A stretch of DNA of 64,000 bases from Eledone cirrhosa (GCA_964016885.1 OZ024742.1:15252001-15316000); one strand, 5' to 3'. Shown: positions 12,301-26,422, numbered from the stretch's first letter. The notes: generated by a model not told the origin, from the sequence alone. A program made the numbers and translations.

Positions 12301-15300
12301 GTACCAATCTATGAGATATTGTACCAATCTATGAGATATAGTACCAATCTATGAGATATAGTGCCAATCTATGAGATAAAGAACTAATCTATGAGATATA
12401 GTACCAATCTGAGATAAGCTACCAATCATGCGATATAGTACAAATCAGTGAGATATAGTACCAATCAGTGAGATAAAGTCCCAATCAATGAGATACAGTA
12501 TCAGTATATGAGATATAGTACCAATCTATGAGGTATAGTACCAATCTATGAGTTAAAGTACCAATCTATGCGATATAGTACCAATCTATAAGATAAAGTA
12601 CCAATCAGTGAGTTAAAGTACCTATCAGTGAGATAAAGTACCAATCTATGAGATATAGTACCAATCAATGAGATATAGTACCAATCTATGAGATAAAGTA
12701 CCATTCTATGAGATATAGTACCAATATATGAGATATAGTACTAATCAGTGAGATATAGTATCAATCTATGAGATATAGTACCAATCAGTGAGTTATAGTA
12801 CCAATCTATGAGATATAGTACCAATCAGTAAGATATAGTACCAATCAGTGAGATATAGTACCAATCTATGAGATAAAGTTCCAATCTATGAGATATAGTA
12901 CCAATCTATGAGATAAAGTACCAATCAGTGAGATATAGCACCAATCAGTGAGATATAGTACCAATCCATGAGGTAAAGTACCAATCTATGAGATATAGTA
13001 CCAATGTATGCGATATAGTACCAATCAGTGAGATATAGTACCAATCTATGAGATATAGTACCAATCTATGAGATATAGTACCAATCTATGAGATAAAGTA
13101 CCAATCTATGAGATAAAGTACCAATCTATGAGATATAGTACCAATCAGTGAGATATAGTACCAATCTATGAGATAAAGTACCAATCTATGAGATATAGTA
13201 CCAATCTATGAGATATAGTACCAATCTATGAGATATAGTATCACTCTATGAGATATAGTACCAATCAGTGAGATAATGTACCAATCAGTGAGATAAAGTA
13301 CCAATCAGTGAGATAAAGTACCAATCAGTGAGATAAAGTACCAATCTATGAGATATAGTACCAATCTATGAGATATAGTATCAATCTATGAGATATAGTA
13401 CCAATCTATGAGATAAAGTACCAATCTATGAGATAAAGTACCAATCTATGAGATAAAGTACCAATCTATGAGATAAAGTACCAATCTATGAGATATAGTA
13501 CCAATCTATGAGATATAGTATCAATCTATGAGATAAAGTACCAATCTATGAGATAAAGTACCAATCTATGAGATAAAGTACCAATCTATGAGATATAGTA
13601 CCAATCTATGAGATATAGTACCAATCTATGAGATATAGTATCACTCTATGAGATATAGTACCAATCAGTGAGATAATGTACCAATCAGTGAGATAAAGTA
13701 CCAATCAGTGAGATAAAGTACCAATCAGTGAGATAAAGTACCAATCTATGAGATATAGTACCAATCTATGAGATATAGTATCAATCTGAGATATAGTACC
13801 AATCTATGAGATAAAGTACCAATCTATGAGATAAAGTACCAATCTATGAGATAAAGTACCAATCTATGAGATAAAGTACCAATCTATGAGATAAAGTACC
13901 AATCTGTGAGATAAAGTACCAATCTATGAGATAAAGTACCAATCAGTGAGATAAAGTACCAATCTATGAGATATAGTACAATCAATGAGATAGTACCAAT
14001 CAGTGAGATATAGTACCAATCTATGAGATATAGAACCAATCTATGAGATATAGTACCAATCTATGAAATAAAGTACCAATCTATGAGATATAGTACCAAT
14101 CTATGAGATATAGTATCTATTAGTGAGATATAGTACCAATCTATGAGATATAGTACTAATATATGAGATAAAGTACCAATCTATGAGATATAGTACCAAT
14201 CTATGAGATATAATACCAATCTATGAGTTAAAGTACCAATCTATGAGATATAGTACCAATCTATGAGTTAAAGTACCACTCTATGAGATATAGTACCAAT
14301 CAGTTAGATAAAGTACCAATCTATGAGATAAAGTACCAATCTATGAGATAATGTACCAATCTATGAGAATAGTACCAATCTATCAGAGATGGTACCAATC
14401 TATGAGTTAAAGTACCAATCTATGAGATGTACCAATCTATGAGATATAGTACCAATCTATGAGTTATAGTACTAATCAGTGAGATATAGTACTAATCAGT
14501 GAGATGTAGTACCAATCAGTGAGATATAGTACCAATCAGTGAGATATAGTACCAATCTATGAGATATAGTACCAATCTATGAGATAAAGTACCCAGCAGT
14601 GAGATATAGTTCCAATCAGTGAGTTATAGTACCAATTAGTGTGATCTAGTACCAATTAGTGTGATCTAGTACCAATCTATGAGATCTAGTACCAATCAGT
14701 GAAATATAGTACCAGTCTATGAGATATAGTACCAATCTATGAGATATAGTACCAATGTATGAGATATAGTTCCAATCTTTGAGATATAGTACCAATCTAT
14801 GAGATAAAGTACCAATCTATGAGATATAGTGCCAATCTATGAGATAAAGTACTAATCTATGAGATATAGTACCAATCTGAGATAAGCTACCAATCATGCG
14901 ATATAGTACCAATCAGTGAGATATAGTACCAATCAGTGAGATAAAGTCCCAATCTATGAGATATAGTACCAATCTATGAGATAAAGTACCAATCTATGAG
15001 ATATAGTACCAATCTATGAGATATAGCACCAATCTATGAGATATAGCACCAATCTATTAGATATAGTACCAATCTGAGATATAGTACCAATCTTTGAGAT
15101 ATAGTACCAATCCATGAGATAAAGTCCCAATCTATGCTATATAGTACCAATCTATGAGATATAGTACCAATCTATTAGATAAAGTATCAATCTATGAGAT
15201 ATAGTACCAATCAGTGAGATATAGTACCAATCTATGAAATAAAGTACTAATCTATGAGATATAGTATCAATCTATGAGATATAGTACCAATCAGTGAGAT

Positions 15301-18300
15301 ATAGTACCAATTCATAAGATAGTACTAATCTATGACATATAGTACCAATCAATGAGATATAGTACTAATCTATGACATATAGTACCAATCAGTGAAATAA
15401 TGTACCAATCAGCGAGATAAAGTACCAATCAGTGAGATAAAGTATCAATCAGTGAGATAAAGTACCAATCAGTGAGATAAAGTACCAATCAGTGAAATAT
15501 AGTACCAGTCTATGAGATATAGTACCAATCTATGAGATATAGTACCAATGTATGAGATATAGTTCCAATCTTTGAGATATAGTACCAATCTATGAGATAA
15601 AGTACCAATCTATGAGATAAAGTACCAATCTATGAGATAAAGTACCAATCTATGAGATATAGTACCAATCTAAGAGATATAGTACTAATCTGAGATATAG
15701 TACCAATCTATGAGTTAAAGTACCAATCTATGAGATTATGTACCAATCAGTGAGATAAAGTACCAACCAGTGAGATATAGTTCCAATCAGTGAGTTATAG
15801 TACCAATCAGTGTGATCTAGTACCAATCAGTGTGATCTAGTACCAATCTATGAGATATAGTACCAATCAGTGAGATATAGTACCAATCTATGAGATATAG
15901 TACCAATCTATGAGATATAGTACCAATCTGAGATATAGTACCAATCTATGAGATATAGTACCAATCTATGAGATATAATACCAATCTATGAGATATAGTA
16001 CCAATCTATGAGATATAGTACCAATCTATGAGATATAATACCAATCTATGAGATATAGTACCAATCTATGAGATATAGTACCAATCTATGAGATATAGTA
16101 CCAATCTATGAGATAAAGTACTAATCTATGAGATATAGTACCAATCTATGAGATCAAGTACGAATCTATGAGATATAGTACCAATCTATGATATAGTACC
16201 AATCTATGATATAGTACCAATCTATGAGATATAGTACCAATCTATGAGATTAAGTACCAATCTATGAGATATAGTACCAATCTATGAGATATAGTACCAA
16301 TCTATGAGATATAGCACCAATCTATTAGATATAGTACCAATCTATGAGATATAGTAGCAATCTGTGAGATATAGTACTAATCAGTGAGATATAGTACTAA
16401 TTAGTGAGATATAGTACTAATCTATGAGATATAGTACCAGTCTATGAGTTAAAGTACCAATCTATGAGATAGGGTACCAATCTATGAGATATACCACCAA
16501 TCTATGGGATAAAGTACTAATCTATGAGATATAGTACCAATCTATGAGATATAGTACCAATCTATGAGATATAGTACCAATCAGTGAGATATAGTACCAA
16601 TCTATGAGATATAGTACCAATCTATGAGATATAGTACCAATCTATGAGATATAGTACCAATCTATGAGATATACTACCAATCTATGGTATAAAGTACTAA
16701 TCTATGAGATATAGTACCAATCTATGAGATAAAGTACCAATCTATGAGATATAGTACCAATCTATGAGATATAGTACCAATCTATGAGATATAGTACCAA
16801 TCTATGAGATATAGTACCAATCTATGAGATATAGTACCAATCTATGAGATATAGTACCAATCTATGAGATAAAGTACTAATCTATGAGATATAGTACCAA
16901 TCTGAGATAAGCTACCAATCATGCGATATAGTACCAATCAGTAAGATATAGTACCAATCAGTGAGATAAAGTCCCAATCTATGAGATATAGTACCAATCT
17001 ATGAGATATAGTACCAATCTATGAGATATAGTACCAATCATTGAGATATAGTACCAATCCATGACATATAGTACCAATCAATGAGATATAGTACCAGTAT
17101 ATGAGATATAGTACCTATCTATGAGGTATAGTACCAATCTATGAATTAAAGTACCAATCTATGCGATATAGTACCAATCAGTGAGATAAAGTACCAATCA
17201 GTGAGATAAAGTACCAATCAGTGAGATAAAGTACCAATCAGTGAGATAAAGTACCAATCTATGAGATATAGTACCACTCAATGAGATATAGTACCAATCT
17301 ATGAGATAAAGTACCAATCTATGAGATATAGTACCAATCTATGAGTTAAAGTACCAATCTATGAGTTAAAGTACCAATCTATGAGATATAGTACCAATCA
17401 GTTAGATAAAGTACCAATCAGTGAGATATGGTACCAATCTATGAGTTAAAGTACCAATCTATTAGATATAGTACCAATCTATGAGATAAAGTACTAATCT
17501 ATGATATATAGTACCAATCTATGAGATATAGTACCAATCTATGAGATAAAGTACCAATCTATGAGATATAGTACCAATCTATGAGATATTGTACCAATCT
17601 ATGAGATATAGTACCAATCTATGAGATATAGTGCCAATCTATGAGATAAAGAACTAATCTATGAGATATAGTACCAATCTGAGATAAGCTACCAATCATG
17701 CGATATAGTACAAATCAGTGAGATATAGTACCAATCAGTGAGATAAAGTCCCAATCAATGAGATACAGTATCAGTATATGAGATATAGTACCAATCTATG
17801 AGGTATAGTACCAATCTATGAGTTAAAGTACCAATCTATGCGATATAGTACCAATCTATAAGATAAAGTACCAATCAGTGAGTTAAAGTACCTATCAGTG
17901 AGATAAAGTACCAATCTATGAGATATAGTACCAATCAATGAGATATAGTACCAATCTATGAGATAAAGTACCATTCTATGAGATATAGTACCAATATATG
18001 AGATATAGTACTAATCAGTGAGATATAGTATCAATCTATGAGATATAGTACCAATCAGTGAGTTATAGTACCAATCTATGAGATATAGTACCAATCAGTA
18101 AGATATAGTACCAATCAGTGAGATATAGTACCAATCTATGAGATAAAGTTCCAATCTATGAGATATAGTACCAATCTATGAGATAAAGTACCAATCAGTG
18201 AGATATAGCACCAATCAGTGAGATATAGTACCAATCCATGAGGTAAAGTACCAATCTATGAGATATAGTACCAATGTATGCGATATAGTACCAATCAGTG

Positions 18301-19338
18301 AGATATAGTACCAATCTATGAGATATAGTACCAATCTATGAGATATAGTACCAATCTATGAGATAAAGTACCAATCTATGAGATAAAGTACCAATCTATG
18401 AGATATAGTACCAATCAGTGAGATATAGTACCAATCTATGAGATAAAGTACCAATCTATGAGATATAGTACCAATCTATGAGATATAGTACCAATCTATG
18501 AGATATAGTATCACTCTATGAGATATAGTACCAATCAGTGAGATAATGTACCAATCAGTGAGATAAAGTACCAATCAGTGAGATAAAGTACCAATCAGTG
18601 AGATAAAGTACCAATCTATGAGATATAGTACCAATCTATGAGATATAGTATCAATCTATGAGATATAGTACCAATCTATGAGATAAAGTACCAATCTATG
18701 AGATAAAGTACCAATCTATGAGATAAAGTACCAATCTATGAGATAAAGTACCAATCTATGAGATATAGTACCAATCTATGAGATATAGTATCAATCTATG
18801 AGATAAAGTACCAATCTATGAGATAAAGTACCAATCTATGAGATAAAGTACCAATCTATGAGATATAGTACCAATCTATGAGATATAGTACCAATCTATG
18901 AGATATAGTATCACTCTATGAGATATAGTACCAATCAGTGAGATAATGTACCAATCAGTGAGATAAAGTACCAATCAGTGAGATAAAGTACCAATCAGTG
19001 AGATAAAGTACCAATCTATGAGATATAGTACCAATCTATGAGATATAGTATCAATCTGAGATATAGTACCAATCTATGAGATAAAGTACCAATCTATGAG
19101 ATAAAGTACCAATCTATGAGATAAAGTACCAATCTATGAGATAAAGTACCAATCTATGAGATAAAGTACCAATCTATGAGATAAAGTACCAATCTATGAG
19201 ATATAGTATCAATCTATGAGATATAGTACCAATCTATGAGATAAAGTACCAATCTATGAGATAAAGTACCAATCTATGAGATAAAGTACCAATCTATGAG
19301 ATAAAGTACCAATCTATGAGATATAGTACCAATCTATG
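6333..19338. repeat. 20-bp satellite, consensus GAGATA(T/A)AGTACCAATC(TA/AG)T, ~650 units
   Basis: Direct tandem periodicity of 20 nt over 13 kb. Confidence 0.99.
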
Positions 19339-19405
19339 GACTCAATTTATCCCACTCCCCAAATTGCTGGCCTTGTGCCTAAATTAGAAACTGTTATTAT
19401 TATTA
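19339..19405 (+). mobile_element. 3' half of the SINE split by the 20-bp satellite
   Basis: CACTCCCCAAATTGCTGGCCTTGTGCCTAAATTAGAAACTGTTATTATTATT matches the SINE tails at 19555-19600 and 25490-25540. Confidence 0.8.
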
Positions 19406-19411
19406 ACAAAC

Positions 19412-19795
19412 TGGTTGCTTGTCAGAATTGGTAGAGCAATGGATGTCTGTTGATGTCATAAATTATCGTACAAAGGTTAGCGTTGCCTTCCATCCTTACA
19501 GGTTTGATAAAACAAAGTAGCAGTAACACACGGGTCAATTTAATCGACTTTCCTCTCCCCAAAATTGCTGGCCTTGTGTCTAAATTAGAAACGATTATTA
19601 AGTGTGTGGTAAAGTGAGGTGGAATGGTAGTATTGGTAGAGCGTTTCACAATATGCTTTGCAGCATTTAGTTATGGCCCTTTCTGTTCTGAGTTCAAATC
19701 CCAGAGGACTGAAAAGTCTCACAGCATTTAATGGTCTTTTCATATCTTGAATTCTGAACCCTTCACACTGAATTTTTATTTTCATTCCCCAGAGT
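19412..19795 (+). mobile_element. Two older tandem copies of the tRNA-derived SINE
   Basis: Heads GTCAGAATTGGTAGAGC and GGTAGTATTGGTAGAGCG; B-box GAGTTCAAATCC; GCCTTCCATCCTTACAGG body; GCTGGCCTTGTGTC tail. Confidence 0.75.
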
Positions 19796-19817
19796 TTATG
19801 AGAGGTTATTATTTCTA

Positions 19818-20003
19818 GTGGATTGGCAGTATCGGTAGAGAGTCGGACACCATGCTTTGAAGCATAGAGTTACGTCCCTTTATGATCTGAGTTCAAATGC
19901 CGCCGAGGTTAACTTTGCCTTTCATCCTTACGGGGTCGATAAAATAAAGTACCAGTAATGTACTGGGTAATTGCTGGCCTTGTGCCTAAAATAGAAACAA
20001 TTA
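19818..20003 (+). mobile_element. Young tRNA-derived SINE with TSD ATTATTTCTAGTGG
   Basis: GGCAGTATCGGTAGAG A-box and GAGTTCAAAT B-box; TSD at 19808-19821 and 20000-20013. Confidence 0.9.
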
Positions 20004-20132
20004 TTTCTAGTGGTTTCCTTGTTTGCAAGGAAGACTCATTAACGAATTAAGAAGCCCCTACGAGCCAACTACAAATACAAATAAATATGCTTAAATATAC
20101 TTTAAAGTACTTAAATTTACAAATATACACAT

Positions 20133-20332
20133 TTAACCCTTTAGTGTTTACATTATTGAATATTCATGGTAAAGGCTTTATCTCACATAATCTCAAGTCT
20201 ACAAGATTGGGATGATGTTATTTATTTGAAGAACAATATCTTAATGTTGGTGGGAGCTGCTTGTTTCAGCTGGTTTCTAAAAAGGGAAAGAATTCTAGGT
20301 GGATACAGCCATTTTAAATGTTAAAGGGTTAA
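20133..20332. mobile_element. piggyBac-type MITE family A
   Basis: TTAA-CCCTTTAGTGTTTA...TTAAATGTTAAAGGG-TTAA; similar to 21901-22112 and 63098-63325. Confidence 0.8.
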
Positions 20333-20783
20333 AGTTAATATCTGTCTGAAGCTTAGAGGCTCATTAGGCTTGAGTTAATTCTGCTTTCCTTGGTGTCAGG
20401 TGACTGAGAGTATAAGACACCCTTCAAGTACCCGTAATATTTTGGTGTGAATTCAATTGACTATGTACCTTTTTTCAAGAAACTGTCATCATTATATTCC
20501 TTATCATCATCATCATGTGCTGACCATTTCTTGCCTTGATCCTAATGTTATTAAAATACCCAAGCTTTTTAATTGGTCTTTTTGTCTTGGTTGCTATTGA
20601 ACTTCATTGAACACGGCTATGTGATTCATATTTTGCCTCTTTTGTTTGCCTCTTTTTTTCTATGTATGTAATTGCATGTTATATATTATATGTACATATA
20701 TATTAACAAGTTTTACTACAAAAACCTTCATTCATTTATCAGTTTTACCTTTTTTTATTCTTTTGTTTTCAATTGGTTATCAG

Positions 20784-20858
20784 ATGCCTGGAGTGATGGG
20801 TTTAGTTGCTGGACAAGTTCAACAGCAGATGTCTATGGATCAGGCACAAACTAACATG
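20784..20858 (+). CDS. Internal coding exon (phase 0/0), MPGVMGLVAGQVQQQMSMDQAQTNM; gene unidentified
   Basis: Pyrimidine-rich tract + TATCAG acceptor; ATG|GTAAGC donor; 75 nt; only one of three frames is open; GC content higher than flanks. Confidence 0.75.
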
Positions 20859-21327
20859 GTAAGCTGAATCTCTATTAATCTTTTCTGTGAAATGTAAGTT
20901 TTCTTTTTCCTTGTTTCTTTGTATTTTCTTATTCATTTTCATAATCATGTAAAATGTCAGTCATGTTGGAAAGGGGCTAGCAAGAGTGTGTATGTGTGTG
21001 GGGAGAGACAGAGAGAGAGTGAGTGAGTGGTGGAAGCAGCTGCAATGCTAAAAAAAAAATCTTTTTTTTTCAATCTTTTGTTGTAACAAGTCTTTATAGA
21101 AACGGGATGGCAAGAGTGTGTATTTGGGAGAGAAAGAAAAAAAAAAGAGATAGAGCTGTGGTGGTTGTAGAAAACATTTTTTTTAGTCCAGATGATTGTA
21201 TTATTTGTGTGTGTATATATATATATATATATAAAACTTAAAAATAAAGCATTTATCTGAAGGCCAGATTGTGATATTAAACCAAACATTGGATTAGGTT
21301 TCCAAACCCTTAACAGTTACAGTCTAA

Positions 21328-21468
21328 CAAGCTTCCATACAGTTTGCATCTACCAAATTTCACTCACAGAGCTTGGGTTGACCTGAGGCTATGGTAGGAG
21401 AGACTTATTTGCAGTGCTATTCAGTGCAATTGAAGCAAACTTCTTAACTACATGGTCATGCCTGCCTT
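21328..21468 (-). mobile_element. Decayed copy of a second tRNA-derived SINE family
   Basis: - strand reads AGGCAGGCATGACCATGTAGTTAAGAAGTTTGCTT...CCATAGCCTCAGGTCAACCCAAGCTCTGTGAGTGAAATTTGGTAGATGCAAACTG, resembling an octopus SINE recalled from memory. Confidence 0.55.
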
Positions 21469-21900
21469 CAGCTAAAGAAGTCGGTAGTTCATATTTGTCT
21501 GTGCTAAGTTTATTTATGGTCTAGACACTTACCTCTCATTAGCTTACTTTGTTGTAAATAGTAGGAATAGCTTACACTGTATAGAATGGGAGTACTGATG
21601 CTTACCATTAATTTAAAGTACTGAGTTGTAATCCTATATGTTAGCTTTGAGAAGGATTGTTTATGTCAGGTTGCCTTGTCCTAGATAAACTACATGAAGA
21701 GAATCTTCAGCAATATTTCAAAAATTTACTCTATCTGAAAGGATTGAACCAAAAGAAAGCCTTAAAAGGATTTCATCTGAGAACAGTAAACTATTATAAA
21801 GCAGTTTATTTTTCTACTGTGTCAGCCATTACTATCACAAAGTTGTTGTCTATGTGATTTGAACACAGAGCCAAAGGTGGTTTCAGGCAGTTAAAAAGGC

Positions 21901-22112
21901 TTAACTTTTAGCATTTACATTACTTTATATTTACTATTGTATTTTCACAGTAAACACTTTATCTCATATAATATTGAATCTGTGAGATTTTGATATTTAT
22001 TTTGGGAACACTATCTTAACATAAGTATGAGCAGCTAGTTATGGCTGGTTTAAACAGAAAGAGGTGAGAGAATTCTGGCCGGATATGGCTGGTTTAAATG
22101 CTAAAGGGTTAA
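21901..22112. mobile_element. piggyBac-type MITE family A
   Basis: TTAA-CTTTTAGCATTTA...TTAAATGCTAAAGGG-TTAA. Confidence 0.8.
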
Positions 22113-22507
22113 GTTGGTGTTTTAGGCATAACTTAGCAAATGTGTTTTACATAAAATGTTTAGATGACTTTAAAATATACAGCTTAGTATCATAGAACTA
22201 AGAGAGGATTCAGGTGGTTTGGCATAAAAAAAACAGTTAATATTTCAACATTCATATTTTCAATGCATTTTACGTTTTTCACTTGCAATATCTTAAAAAT
22301 GTTTTGTGTTGTGTTTGTTTATGAGAAATCTTATAAGAATTAATTAGTAAATTGTTGAAGAATATATTTTTCTCTTATTTACAATTCTTGTGTATAGTCG
22401 CAAGTCAGCCATGACTAAGCACTCTCGCAATTAAATACATTCCAGCTGTAACCTACCCATCTTATTGTATATCTAAGAGTACATTGTCCTATGTGCTTCT
22501 TCATACT

Positions 22508-22768
22508 TTAACTCTTTCATTACCATATTTCTAACGACAGATACTGTGATTTTTGAATAATTTAAAAAATAATCCAGAAATTTGAATGATTTAGTATTAT
22601 AATGAACTTTCTCAGTATTAAGTTGGAGTTCAGAACATAGCTTAATAATTGTTATATAAAATTATGATGGAATGGTTTTAGATAAATACAAACACTTGAA
22701 AAAAAAATCATCAGATTTGTATTGTAGAACCTGGGGCAAATTCAGATGTCTTTGTATTACAGGGTTAA
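22508..22768. mobile_element. piggyBac-type MITE family B
   Basis: TTAA-CTCTTTCATTACCATATTTCTA...ACAGGG-TTAA; start shared with 25008. Confidence 0.6.
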
Positions 22769-23254
22769 TTCGGTAGGGTGTGAGTTGAGGGAGAGTTTAC
22801 TGTGTTATGGTATTACATTATTATCACATGTTTCTGGTTTAACTTAAATGAAACAATCTTTTGTTATTGACTGTTCATTATATATTTATTACAGCTATAT
22901 TTGTTTTCTTTTTGTATTTATAATATGACTGTTTTATTTTAGCTTTTATAAATTTAGTTAATAAATGACTAATATATAATTTATTGAAAAAAACCCAAAA
23001 CATTTCAACTCTAACCATCTAATTCTGTCAGGCATTGTTCATCTAGGATTACATTATCATGATATAATAGCGTGTGATTTGAGGGATATTTTGCTGCTAT
23101 TTCTAGAATGTCAAACTTCCATATAGGGGCTCCTTCATATTATAAATAAAATGAAATTTACAGCTCACATATATACAGGGTCAACTGACTTGCAATGGCA
23201 TCTCTTAGAGAGATTTCTGAAGTGTTTTAATGAGAGGATCACCAGCTATATAAG

Positions 23255-23372
23255 GACATGCAACATGAAATAAAGCCCCTTGTTCAACAACACAATGTAC
23301 TCTCTAGTTCAGGAATTAAACCTATGACCATATGATTGTGAGTTCAACACATTAACCAATTGACCATATACC
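23255..23372 (-). mobile_element. Decayed tRNA-derived SINE head, same family as 246-389
   Basis: - strand GGTATATGGTCAATTGGTTAATGTGTTGAACTCACAATC...GGTTTAATTCCTG...TTGAACAAGGGGCTTTATTTCATGTTGC. Confidence 0.6.
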
Positions 23373-23414
23373 TTAGAGTGCCAAACTAGTGTCTAGATTG
23401 CTAGTACTCACCAT

Positions 23415-23745
23415 TAGCTTTGCCTTTTATCCTTATGGGGTCGATAAAATAAAGCACCAGTAATGCACTGGGGTCGATTTAAATGACTTTCCTCTCCCTC
23501 CAAAATTTGGCCTTGTGCCAAAAAATAGAAACAATTATTATAGAGCCTAAGGGCAGTGGATTGGCAGTATCGGTAGAGGGTCGGACACCATGCTTTGACG
23601 CATAGAGTTACGGGCCTTACCATTCTAAGTTCAAATACCGCTGAGGTTAACTTTGCCTTTCATCCTTACGGGGTCGATAAAATAAAGTACCAGTAATGTA
23701 CTGAGTAACTGTTGGCCTTGTGCCAAAAGTAGAAACAATTATTAT
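23415..23745 (+). mobile_element. 5'-truncated SINE (23415-23540) followed by a full SINE (23551-23740) inserted at its tail
   Basis: TSD ATTATTATAGAGCCTAA at ~23534-23550 and ~23738-23754; shared body CTTTGCCTTT(C/T)ATCCTTA(C/T)GGGGTCGATAAAATAAAG. Confidence 0.9.
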
Positions 23746-24420
23746 AGAGCCTAACCAGAACAGATAATCTGACACAAATCTGGAAACGAGGCTGTCTGAC
23801 AATCAATGTTATCATCACCATCATCATCACGTCCACTTTTAAAAGCTTGCCTGGGTTGGACTTGTCTGTATTAATACCCAGCAATGTATTAGAAGATATA
23901 AAACAATAAAACATTTTTATTAACTGAGAGAAGTCCAGGTTGTTAAAAACTAGCCTGATTAGTATTAGTGTTTTTCAGTATTCTGTTGTTTCCTCTTCAC
24001 ATAATATTCTATCAACACTACCTACATATGCTTACATAATCTCCTCAACCACAATTATATACATTAATCATTTTTCCTCACCTGCTTTTCAACCTTTCAC
24101 CCACCATTCTTCAAGCTGAGCAGCCAATTACCAAATATTCACAGTGCATTGGGAGAAATTTGAAATTTGGAAACGTGTTAGCCATAATGTGGATAACTAT
24201 AAATAATAGTTGGACAGACACCTGCTGGAATATTAATTACTACACATCTCTCGTTTGATTCTTGCAAGTGTCTTTGTCCATCTTTTTCGATCTCCAGGGG
24301 TACTTTTATCAAATTTTCTTAATTATTTATTATAGTGATCCAGTATTGTTATGGTCATTAGCATTAGGACGCACACATTTTATATATATATAAATTGAAG
24401 ATGCAACTGTAGTTTTTTAA

Positions 24421-24567
24421 GAATATTTATTTACTTTACCAGTTTCACAGAATATTTATTTACATTACCAGTTTCACAGAATATTTATTTACATTACCAG
24501 TTTCACAGAATATTTATTTACATTACCAGTTTCACAGAATATTTATTTACATTACCAGTTTCACAGT
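24421..24567. repeat. 29-bp minisatellite x5 (GAATATTTATTTACATTACCAGTTTCACA)
   Basis: Five near-identical tandem copies. Confidence 0.95.
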
Positions 24568-25007
24568 TCTTATGATTATCAAAAATAAAATTGAGATGGA
24601 GGGTTTGTGTTTCTGTTGTGGTGTGTCTCACTTTAGCAACAATAACTTAGTCAGAAATGAAAAAAAAATATATGTATCTAAATTGTTGGTGAATTAGTTA
24701 TGTGTGTGACTATAAATTGTTGGTATCTATTGACTGTATTTTTTTCTTGTTTTTACTTAGTTTTCCATAAAATACATTTAAAAAATAATTCAATATATAT
24801 ATCAATTTTATTCATATTTTTATGTTACATAAACAGTGTTGTGTGTTTATTCTTTCATCTTTCTTATTACTTAATCCTATTGGCTTGGATTCTTGGAAAT
24901 ATTTAGAATTTTGTTTCAGCTTTCCCATTTCTTATTCCTAATGTAAATGACTGAGTCCATAGAGTGCTGGATGACATGGTTTCACTATATTATATTTCAT
25001 TACATTC

Positions 25008-25309
25008 TTAACCCTTTTCTTACCATATTTCTAATGACAAGTTTAATGTAAAATTTATGTTAAGCATGGCATGGATGCAATCTGATGAGGATAATTTCAT
25101 AAAAATACTTTAAATCATAGTCTAATAACAAATGGTATTTTAATCATTAGCAAACCATAATATTTAGAAGAATTATTACCAAGTATAGATTCAGTTACAA
25201 ACCTGTAATTGCTATATTTCTAATGAAAGACATTGCCTAAGGTTTGCAAATCATTTTGAAAATGATAAAGAATTTGAAGGATTTAGTAATATATCATTAT
25301 TAAGTTGGT
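25008..25309. mobile_element. MITE family B left part, interrupted by a SINE
   Basis: TTAACCCTTTTCTTACCATATTTCTAATGAC start matches 22508; the SINE TSD CATTATTAAGTTGGT corresponds to internal sequence at ~22615-22628. Confidence 0.5.
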
Positions 25310-25311
25310 AT

Positions 25312-25733
25312 AGGGCAGTGGATTGACAGTATCGGTAGAGCGTCGCATAACATGCTTTGCAGCATAGAGTTAAGGTCCTTTATGTTCTAAGTTCGAATCT
25401 CACCGAGGTTAGCTTTGCCTTTCATCCTTGCGGGATTGATAAAATAAAGTACCAGTAATTCACTGGAGTTGATTTAATTGACCCCTCCCCCCCCTCTCTA
25501 AAATTGCTAGCCTTGTGCCTAAATCAGAAACCATTATTAAGTTGGTGTGAAGGTGGCAGATTGGTGGAATTGTTAGAACACCAGACAACATGCTTTGTAG
25601 TATTTAGTAATGGTTCTTTACATTCTCAGTTCAAATCCTACCGAGGTCAGGATTACCTTTCATCTTCCCAAGGTCAATAAAACAAAGTACCAGTAAAATA
25701 CTGGGGTTGTTTCAATTGACTTTCTCCTCCCGT
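25312..25733 (+). mobile_element. Two tandem tRNA-derived SINEs (25312-25538 with TSD CATTATTAAGTTGGT; 25550-25733)
   Basis: A/B boxes (GTTCGAATC, GTTCAAATCC); TSD at 25295-25309 and 25532-25546. Confidence 0.85.
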
Positions 25734-25825
25734 AAGGGAGGGTTTTGTATTTTGCTAGAGTTGACTGTTCATCATCTTTAGGTTTGATACAATAAGTATG
25801 AGATAAGTAGTAATGGAGGTCTTCT

Positions 25826-26422
25826 ACCCTCCCCCTTACAATATGTGACCTTGTACTAAAGTAGGGAACTACTTACACCTTCGCTTTACAATATGTCACC
25901 TCGTACTAAAGTAAGGAACTACTTACACCTCCCCCTTACAATATGTGACCTTGTACTAAAGTAGGGAACTACTTACACCTTTCCCTTACAATATGTGATC
26001 TTGTACTAAAGTAGGGAACTACTTACACCTTTCCCTTACAATATGTGACCTTGTACTAAAGTAGGGAACTACTTACACCTTTCCCTTACAATATGTGACC
26101 TTGTACTAAAGTAAGGAACTACTTACACCTCCCCCTTACAATATGTGACCTTGTACTAAAGTAGGGAACTACTTAGACCTTTCCCTTACAATATGTGACC
26201 TTGTACTAAAGTAGGGAACTACTTACACCTTCCCCTTACAATGTGTCACCTTGTACCAAAGTAGGGAACTACTTACACCTTCCCCTTACAATATGTGACC
26301 TTGTACTAAAGTAGGGATCTCTTCTACACCTGTCCCTTACAATATGTGACCTTGTACCAAAGTAGGGAATTACTTTTACACCTTTCCCTTACAATATGCC
26401 ACCTAGTACTAAAGTAGGGTAT
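25826..26422. repeat. 50-bp minisatellite, ~12 copies (CCCCCTTACAATATGTGACCTTGTACTAAAGTAGGGAACTACTTACACCT)
   Basis: Direct tandem periodicity of 50 nt. Confidence 0.97.

Noticed and set aside
6333-19338. CRISPR-like regular repeat
   Set aside because: Head-to-tail 20-mers with no unique spacers and no cas genes; eukaryotic context
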